Position numbers and translations under genes: made by a program. From Veillonella parvula (GTDB taxonomy: Bacteria > Bacillota > Negativicutes > Veillonellales > Veillonellaceae): a stretch of DNA of 64,000 bases. The DNA is taken from assembly GCF_047241225.1 (NCBI RefSeq), contig NZ_JBKTIE010000001.1, forward strand, positions 173,172 to 237,171. Reading direction: 5' to 3'. Numbering within the stretch: the first letter of the stretch is position 1; every line of letters starts with the position of its first letter. The notes under the pieces were generated by a model, which saw nothing but the letters and a program-made list of their open reading frames with translations, had not been told where the DNA came from and ran no database searches. Positions 8,604 to 18,314 of the stretch are shown piece by piece.

Positions 8604-10022
8604 ATGTATGATGTAAAATCTCCAAAGGCGGAGGAATTTATTTCCCATCAGGAAATCCTTGACACACTTGCCTATGCAGAGGAAAACAAGGAAAATAGGG
8701 AGTTGTTAGATGCTATTTTAGCGAAAGCTGCTACATTTAAGGGATTAAACCACCGAGAAGCAGCAGTTCTCTTAGAATGTCCGTTACCTGAATATAAGGA
8801 AAAGCTTTTTGCTTTAGCAAAGGAAATCAAGAAGGCTATCTACGGCGATCGTATTGTTCTATTTGCACCGTTATACTTGTCTAACTATTGTATCAATGGA
8901 TGTGTGTATTGTCCGTACCACTCCAAAAACCGCGATATTAAACGTAAAAAATTAACGCAAGACCAAATCAGAGAAGAGGTTATTGCGTTAGAAGCGATGG
9001 GCCATAAGCGTATTGTAATTGAGTCTGGTGAAGATCCTCTTAATAATCCACTGGAATATATTTTGGAATCCATCAAGACGATTTACAGTATCAAAAATAA
9101 AAATGGTGAAATCCGCCGTGTAAACGTAAATATTGCAGCTTGTTCCGTTGAGGACTACAAAAAATTACATGAAGCTGGTATTGGCACGTATACATTATTC
9201 CAAGAAACATATAATAAAGAAAACTATGAAGCTTTACATCCTACAGGCCCTAAGAGCGACTACGCCTACCATACAGAGGCGATGGACCGCGCTATGCAAG
9301 GTGGTATTGATGATGTAGGCATCGGAGTTCTTTATGGTTTGGAACATTATAAATACGATTTCGTTGGTTTGTTGATGCACGCAGAACATTTAGAGGCTGT
9401 GTATGGGGTAGGTCCACATACTATTTCTGTACCTCGTATTTGTCCAGCGGATGATATCGATGTAGATGATTTCAGTAATGCTGTACCTGATGATGTATTT
9501 GAAAAAATTGTTGCTCTTATCCGCGTCTCCACACCGTATACAGGTATGATTATGTCCACTCGTGAAAGTCAATCCATGCGTGAACGTGGCTTGGCATTAG
9601 GTATCTCCCAAATTAGTGGTGGATCTCGTACTAGTGTAGGTGGTTACAAAGAAGAAGAAAAGCCAGAAGATAATACGGCACAATTCGATCGTAGTGATAC
9701 GCGTACATTAGATGAAATCGTTAACTGGTTGCTAGACCTTGGGTATGTTCCAAGCTTCTGTACTGCTTGTTATCGTGCAGGTAGAACTGGGGATCGATTC
9801 ATGGCTCTTGCAAAATCCGGTCAAATTCACAACTGTTGTCAACCAAATGCGTTGATGACATTGAACGAATATATCATGGATTACGGCAATGATGAAACTA
9901 AGGCTCATGGTTCTAAGGTTATTGAACAACAGTTAGAAAATATCAAAAATGATTTAGTTAAAGATAAAGCTAAAGCTTATATTGCACAGATGAAAGACGG
10001 CGAACGGGACTTCCGGTTCTAA
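8604..10022 (+). CDS. hydG: [FeFe]-hydrogenase H-cluster radical SAM maturase HydG
   Basis: CINGCVYC radical SAM motif, GPHTISVPR, and the C-terminal CTAC-x22-C auxiliary-cluster motif that ThiH lacks. Confidence 0.9.
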   Translation: MYDVKSPKAEEFISHQEILDTLAYAEENKENRELLDAILAKAATFKGLNHREAAVLLECPLPEYKEKLFALAKEIKKAIYGDRIVLFAPLYLSNYCINGCVYCPYHSKNRDIKRKKLTQDQIREEVIALEAMGHKRIVIESGEDPLNNPLEYILESIKTIYSIKNKNGEIRRVNVNIAACSVEDYKKLHEAGIGTYTLFQETYNKENYEALHPTGPKSDYAYHTEAMDRAMQGGIDDVGIGVLYGLEHYKYDFVGLLMHAEHLEAVYGVGPHTISVPRICPADDIDVDDFSNAVPDDVFEKIVALIRVSTPYTGMIMSTRESQSMRERGLALGISQISGGSRTSVGGYKEEEKPEDNTAQFDRSDTRTLDEIVNWLLDLGYVPSFCTACYRAGRTGDRFMALAKSGQIHNCCQPNALMTLNEYIMDYGNDETKAHGSKVIEQQLENIKNDLVKDKAKAYIAQMKDGERDFRF

Positions 10023-10038
10023 GGAATTCACTGATATG

Positions 10039-10071
10039 GAGCCTCCTATTGATAATAGGAGGCTCTTTCTT
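10039..10071 (+). terminator. Terminator after hydG
   Basis: GAGCCTCCTATT-GAT-AATAGGAGGCTC then TTTCTT. Confidence 0.85.
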
Positions 10072-10213
10072 GTTGAGAAAATAGCAAGCTTTAAATGAGA
10101 ATAAAATATATAAAATAGTTTATTTTATTTGCATTTTAAGGTATAATAAATAAAAATGATAATGATAATACGTTGAATTCAAGAATAATATTGATTATAA
10201 ACTACTGAGGGAT

Positions 10214-12199
10214 ATGATGATTAAGAAAAAACGTTGGCGCCTTTGTAAAGGTGATCAAGAGAAAGAGAATATCTTAATCCGTGAACTTGGTGTAAACCCT
10301 ATTGTGGCTAAATTAATGGTGAATCGTCACATTGATGTAGACGAAGGTCGTCAGTTTTTACAAGGTACTTTGTCAGATTTGTTAGATCCATTTACATTAA
10401 AAGATATGGATGTGGCTGTTTCACTAGTTCTGGAAACAATTGAAAGTCACAAACCAATCGTCATTTATGGTGATTATGATGTAGATGGTATTACTGCAAC
10501 ATCAGTACTTTATCGATTTTTAAAGAAATTAGGTGCCGATGTTACCTATTACATACCAGAACGTCAAAGTGAAGGGTATGGCCTCAATTTAGAGGCTTTA
10601 GAGCACCTTATTGAACGGGGAACAGCTTTAGTCATTACCGTCGATTGCGGCATTAGCTCTTACGATATTGTAGAGGCTGTACGAGACCGTATCGATATGA
10701 TTATTACGGATCATCATACGGCTCCTGATATGATTCCACGAGCCAAGGCCGTTATAAATCATAAGCAAAAGGACTGTCCTTATAAGGATAAAAACTTATC
10801 TGGCGTAGGGGTTGCTTTCAAATTATGCCAGGCCTTGTGGCTTACAAAGCACGGAGAATGGTACTTAGATGATTTAGATATCGTTGCACTTGGCACTGTA
10901 GCCGATGTAGTACCTTTGGTCGGTGAGAATCGCATCATTGTGAAATCTGGCCTTGAGAAGATGAATAGGGAACCTAATTTAGGGATTAAAAAGCTTATTG
11001 ATGTAGCTGGACTCCATGAACGAACTATTACATCTGGACATATTGGTTTTACCTTAGCACCTCGCCTTAATGCAGCGGGGCGCGTAACGCATGCAACGCG
11101 TGCTGTCGAACTACTTGTGACCGATGGCGAGGATATAGCAGAGGCAATTGCAGAGGAATTAAACGAAACGAATCGTGAACGACAAGAGCTAGAACGAAAT
11201 ATTCACGAGTTGGCTCGTATAGATGTAGCTAATCAAGGACATAAAGCTGATTATGTAACCATTGTGGCCGGCGAAGAGTGGCATCCCGGTGTTATTGGTA
11301 TTGTTGCCTCTCGTCTAGTAGAGGAGTTTTACAAACCAACCTTAGTTATCAGCATTCATGATGGCGTTGGTAAAGGCTCGTGCCGTAGTATAGATGGCTT
11401 TAACATATATGATGCATTAAAATCTTGCGAGGATATCTTGCTACAGTTTGGCGGGCATGCTGCGGCAGCAGGCTTTAGCATCGATGCAAATCGTATTGAT
11501 GAGTTACGAGAACGGTTAACCAAGTATTGCAAAGCAGTTATTACAGAAGAGGAATATATTCCTGTGGTTGCTATTGATGCGGAACTACCTGTTGATGATA
11601 TCGATGTCGATATCATTGACCGGGTATCAGACCTTGAACCTTATGGGATGGCCAATAGCACGCCAGTCTTTGCTATTATGGAAGCTACCGTGCAAGATAT
11701 TATGCTCATGGGCCAATTAAAAAATCATTGTAAGATAATATTTGAAACTTCGAATGGTACATTAGATGCTATAGCTTGGAATCGTCCAGACTTATTTAAA
11801 TTTATCTTCGTGGGAACTGTGGTAAAAGTGGCATTCTCCTTGCAAAAGAATGAATGGCAAGGCATGGTTTCTCCGCAGCTCATGATTCAAGCTATTGAAC
11901 CATTGACTGAAGAGCCGATTAAGCTTTCTACAGAAGGGCTTAGACAAATGTATGTCATAATAAAACAGTCCATGCGAGGTCGTAGTCAATCGGTTTATAA
12001 TGTAGAACAAGATATATTGCGCCGTAAGCCGGCGGATCAGAATAATCGCAGTGCTCTAACATCTATTGATGTATTTAAAGAATTGGGCATTGTTGAAGAA
12101 TATACAAGTGATGATGGTCAATTAATGCTTAGATGGAATGCCATTGAAGGAAAATTAGATCTTGTCACATCCGTAACATTCCTTACTTATAGTGTATAG
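10214..12199 (+). CDS. recJ: ssDNA-specific exonuclease RecJ
   Basis: GDYDVDG, ITVDCG, TDHH, GTVADVV, PRLNAAGR and GGHAAAAG DHH/DHHA1 motifs. Confidence 0.97.
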   Translation: MMIKKKRWRLCKGDQEKENILIRELGVNPIVAKLMVNRHIDVDEGRQFLQGTLSDLLDPFTLKDMDVAVSLVLETIESHKPIVIYGDYDVDGITATSVLYRFLKKLGADVTYYIPERQSEGYGLNLEALEHLIERGTALVITVDCGISSYDIVEAVRDRIDMIITDHHTAPDMIPRAKAVINHKQKDCPYKDKNLSGVGVAFKLCQALWLTKHGEWYLDDLDIVALGTVADVVPLVGENRIIVKSGLEKMNREPNLGIKKLIDVAGLHERTITSGHIGFTLAPRLNAAGRVTHATRAVELLVTDGEDIAEAIAEELNETNRERQELERNIHELARIDVANQGHKADYVTIVAGEEWHPGVIGIVASRLVEEFYKPTLVISIHDGVGKGSCRSIDGFNIYDALKSCEDILLQFGGHAAAAGFSIDANRIDELRERLTKYCKAVITEEEYIPVVAIDAELPVDDIDVDIIDRVSDLEPYGMANSTPVFAIMEATVQDIMLMGQLKNHCKIIFETSNGTLDAIAWNRPDLFKFIFVGTVVKVAFSLQKNEWQGMVSPQLMIQAIEPLTEEPIKLSTEGLRQMYVIIKQSMRGRSQSVYNVEQDILRRKPADQNNRSALTSIDVFKELGIVEEYTSDDGQLMLRWNAIEGKLDLVTSVTFLTYSV

Positions 12200-12210
12200 G
12201 AGGTGACATC

Positions 12211-14451
12211 ATGACAACTGTAAATGAAGAAGGCAAAGCTTTGGTGGGACAAAGTACATTTGATAAAAGTAAAGCCTTAGCTGAGTTTATGGAGTATATC
12301 CATACGTATTTAACAGATGATGAGTGTGACCAAGTATTGAAAGCTTTTGAGCTTGCTGATAAGGCTCACGAAGGTCAGTTTAGAGCTTCCGGTGAGCCGT
12401 ATATCATGCATCCTCTAGCTGTAGCAGATATTTTGGCACATTTACAAATCGACCATATTACACTTATGGCAGCTCTTATGCATGATGTGGTTGAAGATAC
12501 ATCTTATTCGAAGGAAGACCTAGAGGAGATGTTTGGCTCTGAAGTAGCATTCCTTGTTGATGGGGTAACAAAATTAAACCAATTCCAATATGAAACAAAA
12601 GAAGATCGCCAAATGGAAAACTATCGAAAGATGATTTTAGCCATGGCGAAGGATGTACGTGTCGTAGTTATTAAATTGGGTGACCGCTTACACAACATGC
12701 GCACATTAAAGCATATGCGTAGTGACAAACAAAAACGTATTGCTAAGGAAACCCTAGAAATCTTTGCACCTTTGGCACATCGTCTCGGTATCTTCAATGT
12801 GAAATGGGAGTTGGAAGATTTATCCTTCCGTTATTTAGAGCCGGAAAAATACTATGATCTAGTTGATCAAATGAAACAAAAACGTCAAGTCCGGGAAGAC
12901 ATCGTTAATGATACGATGAGTCAACTTACAAAGGCTTTAAGCGAAGCTCATATCAAGGCGGATATCAAAGGTCGTCCAAAACATTTCTACAGTATTTATA
13001 AGAAGATGAAAAAGGACAACCGCGATTTGTCTCAAATTTATGATTTGCTTGCCGTTCGTGTAATCGTTGATAGCATTCCTGATTGTTATGCGGTACTTGG
13101 CATTGCACATAGCTTGTGGAAGCCATTGCCTTATCGGTTCAAAGATTATATTTCCATGCCGAAGTCTAATATGTATCAATCTTTACATACAACCGTTATC
13201 GGCACGATGGGGCAACCGGTAGAGATTCAAATTCGTACTTGGGAAATGCACCGCGTATCTGAATATGGTGTGGCTGCTCACTGGCGATATAAAGAAGGAA
13301 ATAAAAACGGCGATAAAGAATTTGATCAAAAGGTTGCATGGCTACGCCAGGTTCTTGAATGGCAAGATACTAGTAATCCAACGGAACTCGTTAACGCTTT
13401 AAAATTGGACGTTTTCTCTGGTGAGGTATTTGTATTCACGCCAAAGGGTGACGTTGTTAAGTTGCCAATAGGCTCTGTACCGCTTGACTTTGCCTATCGA
13501 GTTCATACCGATGTAGGTCATCATTGTGTAGGCGCTAAGGTAAACGGCAAAATTGTGCCGTTGGATTATACCTTGCAAAATGGTGATATTGTTGATATCA
13601 TCACATCCAAAACAGGTCGTCCTAGCCTTGATTGGTTGAATATCGTAGGTTCTTCTGAAAGTAAGAGTAAAATTCGCAATTGGTTCAAGCGTGAAAATAA
13701 AGCTGAAAATATTGAAAAAGGTTTAGACTCTCTTGAAAAAGAAGCGAAACGACTGAATCATAATTGGAAAGAATTATGTGCAGACAACCGTTTACAACAT
13801 GTAACGAAACAACTTAAAGCCGGTACAGAAGAGGAAATGTTTGCAGCCTGTGGCTATGGTGGCATTCCTGTAAGCACTGTTCTCTTGCGTTTAATTGAAC
13901 TTTATAAAAAGTCTAAAGAGGTAGAGGAATCTAAGCGCAGTACAGAGCAAATTATTGAGAAATTAAAATCTCAAGGACAAAAGAAAACTAAAAATGGCAC
14001 TGGTGTTCTCGTAAAAGGTGAAGCTGGTGTGATGGTGCGTATGGCAAAATGCTGTAATCCTGTACCTGGTGATGATATTATAGGTTACATAACCCGTGGT
14101 CGTGGTGTTTCTATTCACCGTTGTGATTGCCCTAGCATGGGACATTCTCCTGAAGACTTAGAGCGGATGATAGAAGTCTCTTGGGACGGTTCTTCTGGCG
14201 AATCTTTCCACGTAGGCATTGATATTCAAGCTTATGATCGAGCTGGTATTCTCATGGAGGTTATGGCGGTGCTTTCAGAATTGAAAATCACCATTACTAA
14301 CATCAATGCTAAGGTTCAAGAAGATACAAAAAATGTAAGCATCAATTTGGTGGTTGATATCCGGGATATTTCGCAACTAGATTTCGTAATGACTAAATTG
14401 CGTCGTATTCGTGAAGTGTATACTGTTCAACGTAGTAAAGGAGGGGCTTAA
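12211..14451 (+). CDS. relA: Bifunctional (p)ppGpp synthetase/hydrolase Rel (RSH)
   Basis: HD motif HDVVEDT, RFKDY, YQSLHT, EIQIRT, then TGS, CC and ACT regions. Confidence 0.97.
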   Translation: MTTVNEEGKALVGQSTFDKSKALAEFMEYIHTYLTDDECDQVLKAFELADKAHEGQFRASGEPYIMHPLAVADILAHLQIDHITLMAALMHDVVEDTSYSKEDLEEMFGSEVAFLVDGVTKLNQFQYETKEDRQMENYRKMILAMAKDVRVVVIKLGDRLHNMRTLKHMRSDKQKRIAKETLEIFAPLAHRLGIFNVKWELEDLSFRYLEPEKYYDLVDQMKQKRQVREDIVNDTMSQLTKALSEAHIKADIKGRPKHFYSIYKKMKKDNRDLSQIYDLLAVRVIVDSIPDCYAVLGIAHSLWKPLPYRFKDYISMPKSNMYQSLHTTVIGTMGQPVEIQIRTWEMHRVSEYGVAAHWRYKEGNKNGDKEFDQKVAWLRQVLEWQDTSNPTELVNALKLDVFSGEVFVFTPKGDVVKLPIGSVPLDFAYRVHTDVGHHCVGAKVNGKIVPLDYTLQNGDIVDIITSKTGRPSLDWLNIVGSSESKSKIRNWFKRENKAENIEKGLDSLEKEAKRLNHNWKELCADNRLQHVTKQLKAGTEEEMFAACGYGGIPVSTVLLRLIELYKKSKEVEESKRSTEQIIEKLKSQGQKKTKNGTGVLVKGEAGVMVRMAKCCNPVPGDDIIGYITRGRGVSIHRCDCPSMGHSPEDLERMIEVSWDGSSGESFHVGIDIQAYDRAGILMEVMAVLSELKITITNINAKVQEDTKNVSINLVVDIRDISQLDFVMTKLRRIREVYTVQRSKGGA

Positions 14452-15086
14452 TGAGCGAACAACAATTAGTGCTTATGCGCATGCCTTTAGGTCCACTAGG
14501 AACAAATTGCTATGTTATCGGTGATAAAGTGATAGGTGAAGCTTTCATTATCGATCCTGCAACAGCTGAAGTACTAGATGCGCTAAAAAAACATGACTTA
14601 AAGCCTAAGGCGGTTGTACTGACACATGGTCATGGAGATCATATTGGTGGTATTCAAGAGATTGTGAATACCTATCACGTACCTGTATATATTCATAAGG
14701 GCGATGTACCGTATTTATCTGATCCTGAACTTAATCTTAGTGCTTATAGCAATCCAACGCCAATTATGGTAAAAGCGGAAATCATCGAGGTTAAACAAGG
14801 TGATCACATTATATGTGGTGATATCGATCTTGAGGTGCTTGAAACACCAGGTCATACGCCAGGAGGTGTGTGCTATTACATGGAAGGTCTTGTGTTTGTA
14901 GGGGATACTCTATTCAGAGATTCCGTAGGCCGTACAGATTTTCCAAATGGTTCTTATGAGACACTGATATCATCTATTAAGACTCAGCTTTATACATTGC
15001 CTGATAATACAATGGTGTATCCTGGTCATGGACCGGAAACAAATATAGGGTATGAAAAACAATACAACCCATTCGTTGGTCAGTAG
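14451..15086 (+). CDS. MBL-fold metallo-hydrolase (glyoxalase II/YcbL-like)
   Basis: THGHGDH, TPGHTPG, GDTLF..SVGRTDF, PGHG. Confidence 0.92.
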   Translation: MSEQQLVLMRMPLGPLGTNCYVIGDKVIGEAFIIDPATAEVLDALKKHDLKPKAVVLTHGHGDHIGGIQEIVNTYHVPVYIHKGDVPYLSDPELNLSAYSNPTPIMVKAEIIEVKQGDHIICGDIDLEVLETPGHTPGGVCYYMEGLVFVGDTLFRDSVGRTDFPNGSYETLISSIKTQLYTLPDNTMVYPGHGPETNIGYEKQYNPFVGQ

Positions 15087-15126
15087 GTTTAAACGAATTA
15101 TTTTTTACAGTCGGGGGAATTTTATC

Positions 15127-15615
15127 ATGAACACAACATTAGAAAAATTAAAAGAACGCATTAAAGACAAAAAGTACAAATTGACCACACAACGTCAAAC
15201 AATCTTGCAAGCATTTATCGATGCTGAAGAAAATCATTTGAGTGCTGAAGATGTATATGTTCTTGTAAAAGAGGTGGCACCTGATATCGGGTTGGCAACA
15301 ATTTACAGAACTCTTGATCTCTTCACAGAACTTGATTTGTTAAAACGTCTTGATTTTGGTGATGGCCGTAATCGTTATGAATTAAATGACGAAGAGTTCG
15401 CTCATTTCCATCATCATTTGATTTGCGTAAAATGTGGTAAAGTATCCGAGTTTGAAGATGACATGCTTGAAACATTGGAGTCTATCATCGCTAAGAAATT
15501 GAACTTCCGTACCATTGATCATCAATTGAAAGTATATGGTTACTGTAGTGATTGTCAAAATCATATGACTGAAGCAGAATTAGAAAAGCTTGAGCGTATG
15601 TCCCATCATGGTTAA
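15127..15615 (+). CDS. fur: Fur family transcriptional repressor
   Basis: HLSAEDVY, IGLATIYRTL, HHHLICVKCG, GYCSDC. Confidence 0.9.
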   Translation: MNTTLEKLKERIKDKKYKLTTQRQTILQAFIDAEENHLSAEDVYVLVKEVAPDIGLATIYRTLDLFTELDLLKRLDFGDGRNRYELNDEEFAHFHHHLICVKCGKVSEFEDDMLETLESIIAKKLNFRTIDHQLKVYGYCSDCQNHMTEAELEKLERMSHHG

Positions 15616-17035
15616 TGGATATCTATATACGGGTCCATTACCACTTGGCTCCGTAGTAGCTCATAACTGTGGCGCGGCGGGACTATTTTCTGATAAGGTA
15701 CATCCAGAGGTTATCCTTGAAGCGCATGAAGTGGAAGGGAAGTACACATTAACTGTTACTATTGGTGATACAGTTCAGATTTTTGAAGGCCCTGTTTCCT
15801 CTATGGGGCGTCGTCAAATTGGACAAGCCTTGTTGCGCTATTTGCGTGAATATCAAGGCTTACCTGCTGAGGCTCCATGGGGAACCATGGTAGGTGTGCG
15901 CCCTACAAAGCTACTACATAAATATATAGATACATATGGCTCTGTCCACGCAGCAACTCGTCACATTCGGGACGAGTTTTCTGTGTCTATGGAAAAGCTT
16001 GCTACTTTGGGGGCCATTGGCGAATATCAACGTCCGTTTCTATCTGATACAGACGATAAAAAGGTAAGTCTCTATTGTGGTATTCCTTTCTGCGATACGC
16101 GTTGCGTATATTGTTCGTTTCCATATGGTCTCTACCAGGATTATGCTGGTAAAAGTCAATTTCTAAGGGCTTTAAACCGTGATATAGAAGATATGAAATC
16201 TATTGTTGATTCCTATAATCTAACAGTAGATACTCTCTATATGGGCGGCGGCACTCCAACAGTGCTAGAGGATGAAGACTTTCACCAAGTCCTAAAACTG
16301 TTGTCTATACTTGTGCCAGAAGGACATGAGTTTACCTTAGAAGCGGGGCGGCCAGATTCTGTTAATCCTACTAAGCTACGTTCCATGCTTGAGCTAGGTG
16401 TGAATCGCATTAGCATTAACCCGCAAACGATGCAAGATGATATTTTGCGTCGCATTGGACGCGGTCATAGCGTACGGGATGTTGATGAACTTTTACAATA
16501 TGTAAAAAACAATACATCATTAGCCGTAAATATGGATTTTATCGCAGGCTTGCCTAACCAAACGATGTCAAACATGATAGAGAATATGGATTATGTATGT
16601 CAAAATCTGCCGGGAAATGTTACAATTCATACGTTAGCATTAAAACGTGGTAGCCCGTTGTACGATTTACATATGGAAGATGATATTCCTGAAGAAAATC
16701 TCGTAGCGGAAATGGTACAATATGGTAAAGAGCGTCTTGAAGCGGCTGGTTATGTGCCATATTATTTATATCGCCAACAATATATGAGAGGGCAGTTAGA
16801 GAATATCGGCTATACCTTGCCTGGCAAAGCATGCGAATACAATATTCAAATCATGGAAGAACGCCAAAGTATTCTATCCATGGGGCCCGGTAGCTCGTCT
16901 AAGTGGATGCGAGCCCCTGAATATCGTCAGCTTAAACAGCATATGCCAAAAGACGTAGATGTTTATCACGTAACGATAGATGCACTTTTAGAGAAACGAC
17001 ATAAAATTTGTGAAAGATTTTGGGAGGTTGTGTAA
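15608..17035 (+). CDS. hemZ: HemZ-type HemN-like radical SAM protein
   Basis: PWGTMVGVRPTK, CDTRCVYC, YMGGGTPT, EAGRPDS, PYYLYRQ; conserved position before hisS. Confidence 0.88.
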   Translation: MVNGYLYTGPLPLGSVVAHNCGAAGLFSDKVHPEVILEAHEVEGKYTLTVTIGDTVQIFEGPVSSMGRRQIGQALLRYLREYQGLPAEAPWGTMVGVRPTKLLHKYIDTYGSVHAATRHIRDEFSVSMEKLATLGAIGEYQRPFLSDTDDKKVSLYCGIPFCDTRCVYCSFPYGLYQDYAGKSQFLRALNRDIEDMKSIVDSYNLTVDTLYMGGGTPTVLEDEDFHQVLKLLSILVPEGHEFTLEAGRPDSVNPTKLRSMLELGVNRISINPQTMQDDILRRIGRGHSVRDVDELLQYVKNNTSLAVNMDFIAGLPNQTMSNMIENMDYVCQNLPGNVTIHTLALKRGSPLYDLHMEDDIPEENLVAEMVQYGKERLEAAGYVPYYLYRQQYMRGQLENIGYTLPGKACEYNIQIMEERQSILSMGPGSSSKWMRAPEYRQLKQHMPKDVDVYHVTIDALLEKRHKICERFWEVV

Positions 17036-18306
17036 TGGCTATAAGAAAACCAAGAGGTACACAAGACTTTTTGCCAGAACAGATGATAAATTGGCACTAT
17101 ATTGAACAACGTATGCGCGAAATTTGTAAAGTATACGGCTTCAATGAAATTCGCACACCTGCCTTTGAAGAAACTAAATTATTTTTGCGAGGTATCGGTG
17201 AAACTACAGATGTAGTACAAAAAGAGATGTACACCTTTACCACCGGAGATGACGGTGGTTCTAGCTTTACCTTACGCCCTGAAAATACGGCGTCTGCTGT
17301 GCGCGCATACTTAGAAAATAAAGTATATGGTAAAGAAGGTCTCACCAAATGGTATTATATGGGCCCTATGTTCCGTCATGATAAACCGCAAGCAGGCCGT
17401 TACCGTCAATTTCACCAATTTGGTGCTGAGGTATTAGGCTCTCAATCTCCAGTAGTGGATAGCGAAGTTATCTGCATGGTTGTGCAGTTGTTAAAAGATT
17501 TTGGACTTAAAGATCTCAATGTAGAGGTAAATTCCGTAGGTTGTCCGACATGTCGTCCTGTATATCGTGAAAAATTAATCGCTTTCTTTGAACCTAAAAA
17601 GGAACAATTATGTAGCGACTGCCAAGAACGTTTGTACAAAAACCCTTTGCGTATACTGGATTGTAAAAATGAAACATGTAAATCCTTGTCCATAGGTGCT
17701 CCTGAAATTCACGAACATTTATGTGAAGAGTGTCATGATCACTTTGAAGAATTAAAGACTTATTTAACAGCTGCTAATGTGCAATATACTTTAAATCCTC
17801 GTCTCGTACGTGGCCTTGATTACTATACAAAAACAGCTTTTGAGGTACAATATACTCCTTTAGGTGCTCAAAGTGCCGTAGCCGGTGGTGGTCGTTACGA
17901 TGGTCTCGTAGAAGAGCTCGATGGACCGCATACCCCAGCTATCGGTTTTGCTATGGGCATGGAGCGCTTATTATTAGCTCTTGAAAAACAAAACCTATTG
18001 CCTGAACCAACTGTAGAACCATCTGCATTCGTAGTAGCTCTTGGTGATGCGGCTAAGGTAGAGGCTTTCAAAATTTGCCAAAAACTTCGCAGTCTTGATA
18101 TTCCTGTTGAAATGGACGGGCAGGGCAAAAGTATGAAGGCACAATTAAAATACGCTAACAAAATTAATGCGAAATATGTTATTATATTGGGTGATGATGA
18201 ATTGGTTCGTAAAGAAGCCATAATTCGATTCATGGATACTAGTGAACAAGAGACTGTATCTCTTGATACAGTGGCTGAACGTATAACTTCTTTGGTGAAA
18301 GGATGA
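17035..18306 (+). CDS. hisS: Histidine--tRNA ligase
   Basis: PRGTQD, LRPENTA, GRYRQFHQ, LVRGLDYY, GGGRYDGL. Confidence 0.98.
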   Translation: MAIRKPRGTQDFLPEQMINWHYIEQRMREICKVYGFNEIRTPAFEETKLFLRGIGETTDVVQKEMYTFTTGDDGGSSFTLRPENTASAVRAYLENKVYGKEGLTKWYYMGPMFRHDKPQAGRYRQFHQFGAEVLGSQSPVVDSEVICMVVQLLKDFGLKDLNVEVNSVGCPTCRPVYREKLIAFFEPKKEQLCSDCQERLYKNPLRILDCKNETCKSLSIGAPEIHEHLCEECHDHFEELKTYLTAANVQYTLNPRLVRGLDYYTKTAFEVQYTPLGAQSAVAGGGRYDGLVEELDGPHTPAIGFAMGMERLLLALEKQNLLPEPTVEPSAFVVALGDAAKVEAFKICQKLRSLDIPVEMDGQGKSMKAQLKYANKINAKYVIILGDDELVRKEAIIRFMDTSEQETVSLDTVAERITSLVKG

Positions 18307-18314
18307 CAATTAGA

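Noticed and set aside
8604..10022. ThiH call
   Set aside because: It has the HydG-specific C-terminal cysteine motif and length, and no thi genes or TPP riboswitch are nearby.
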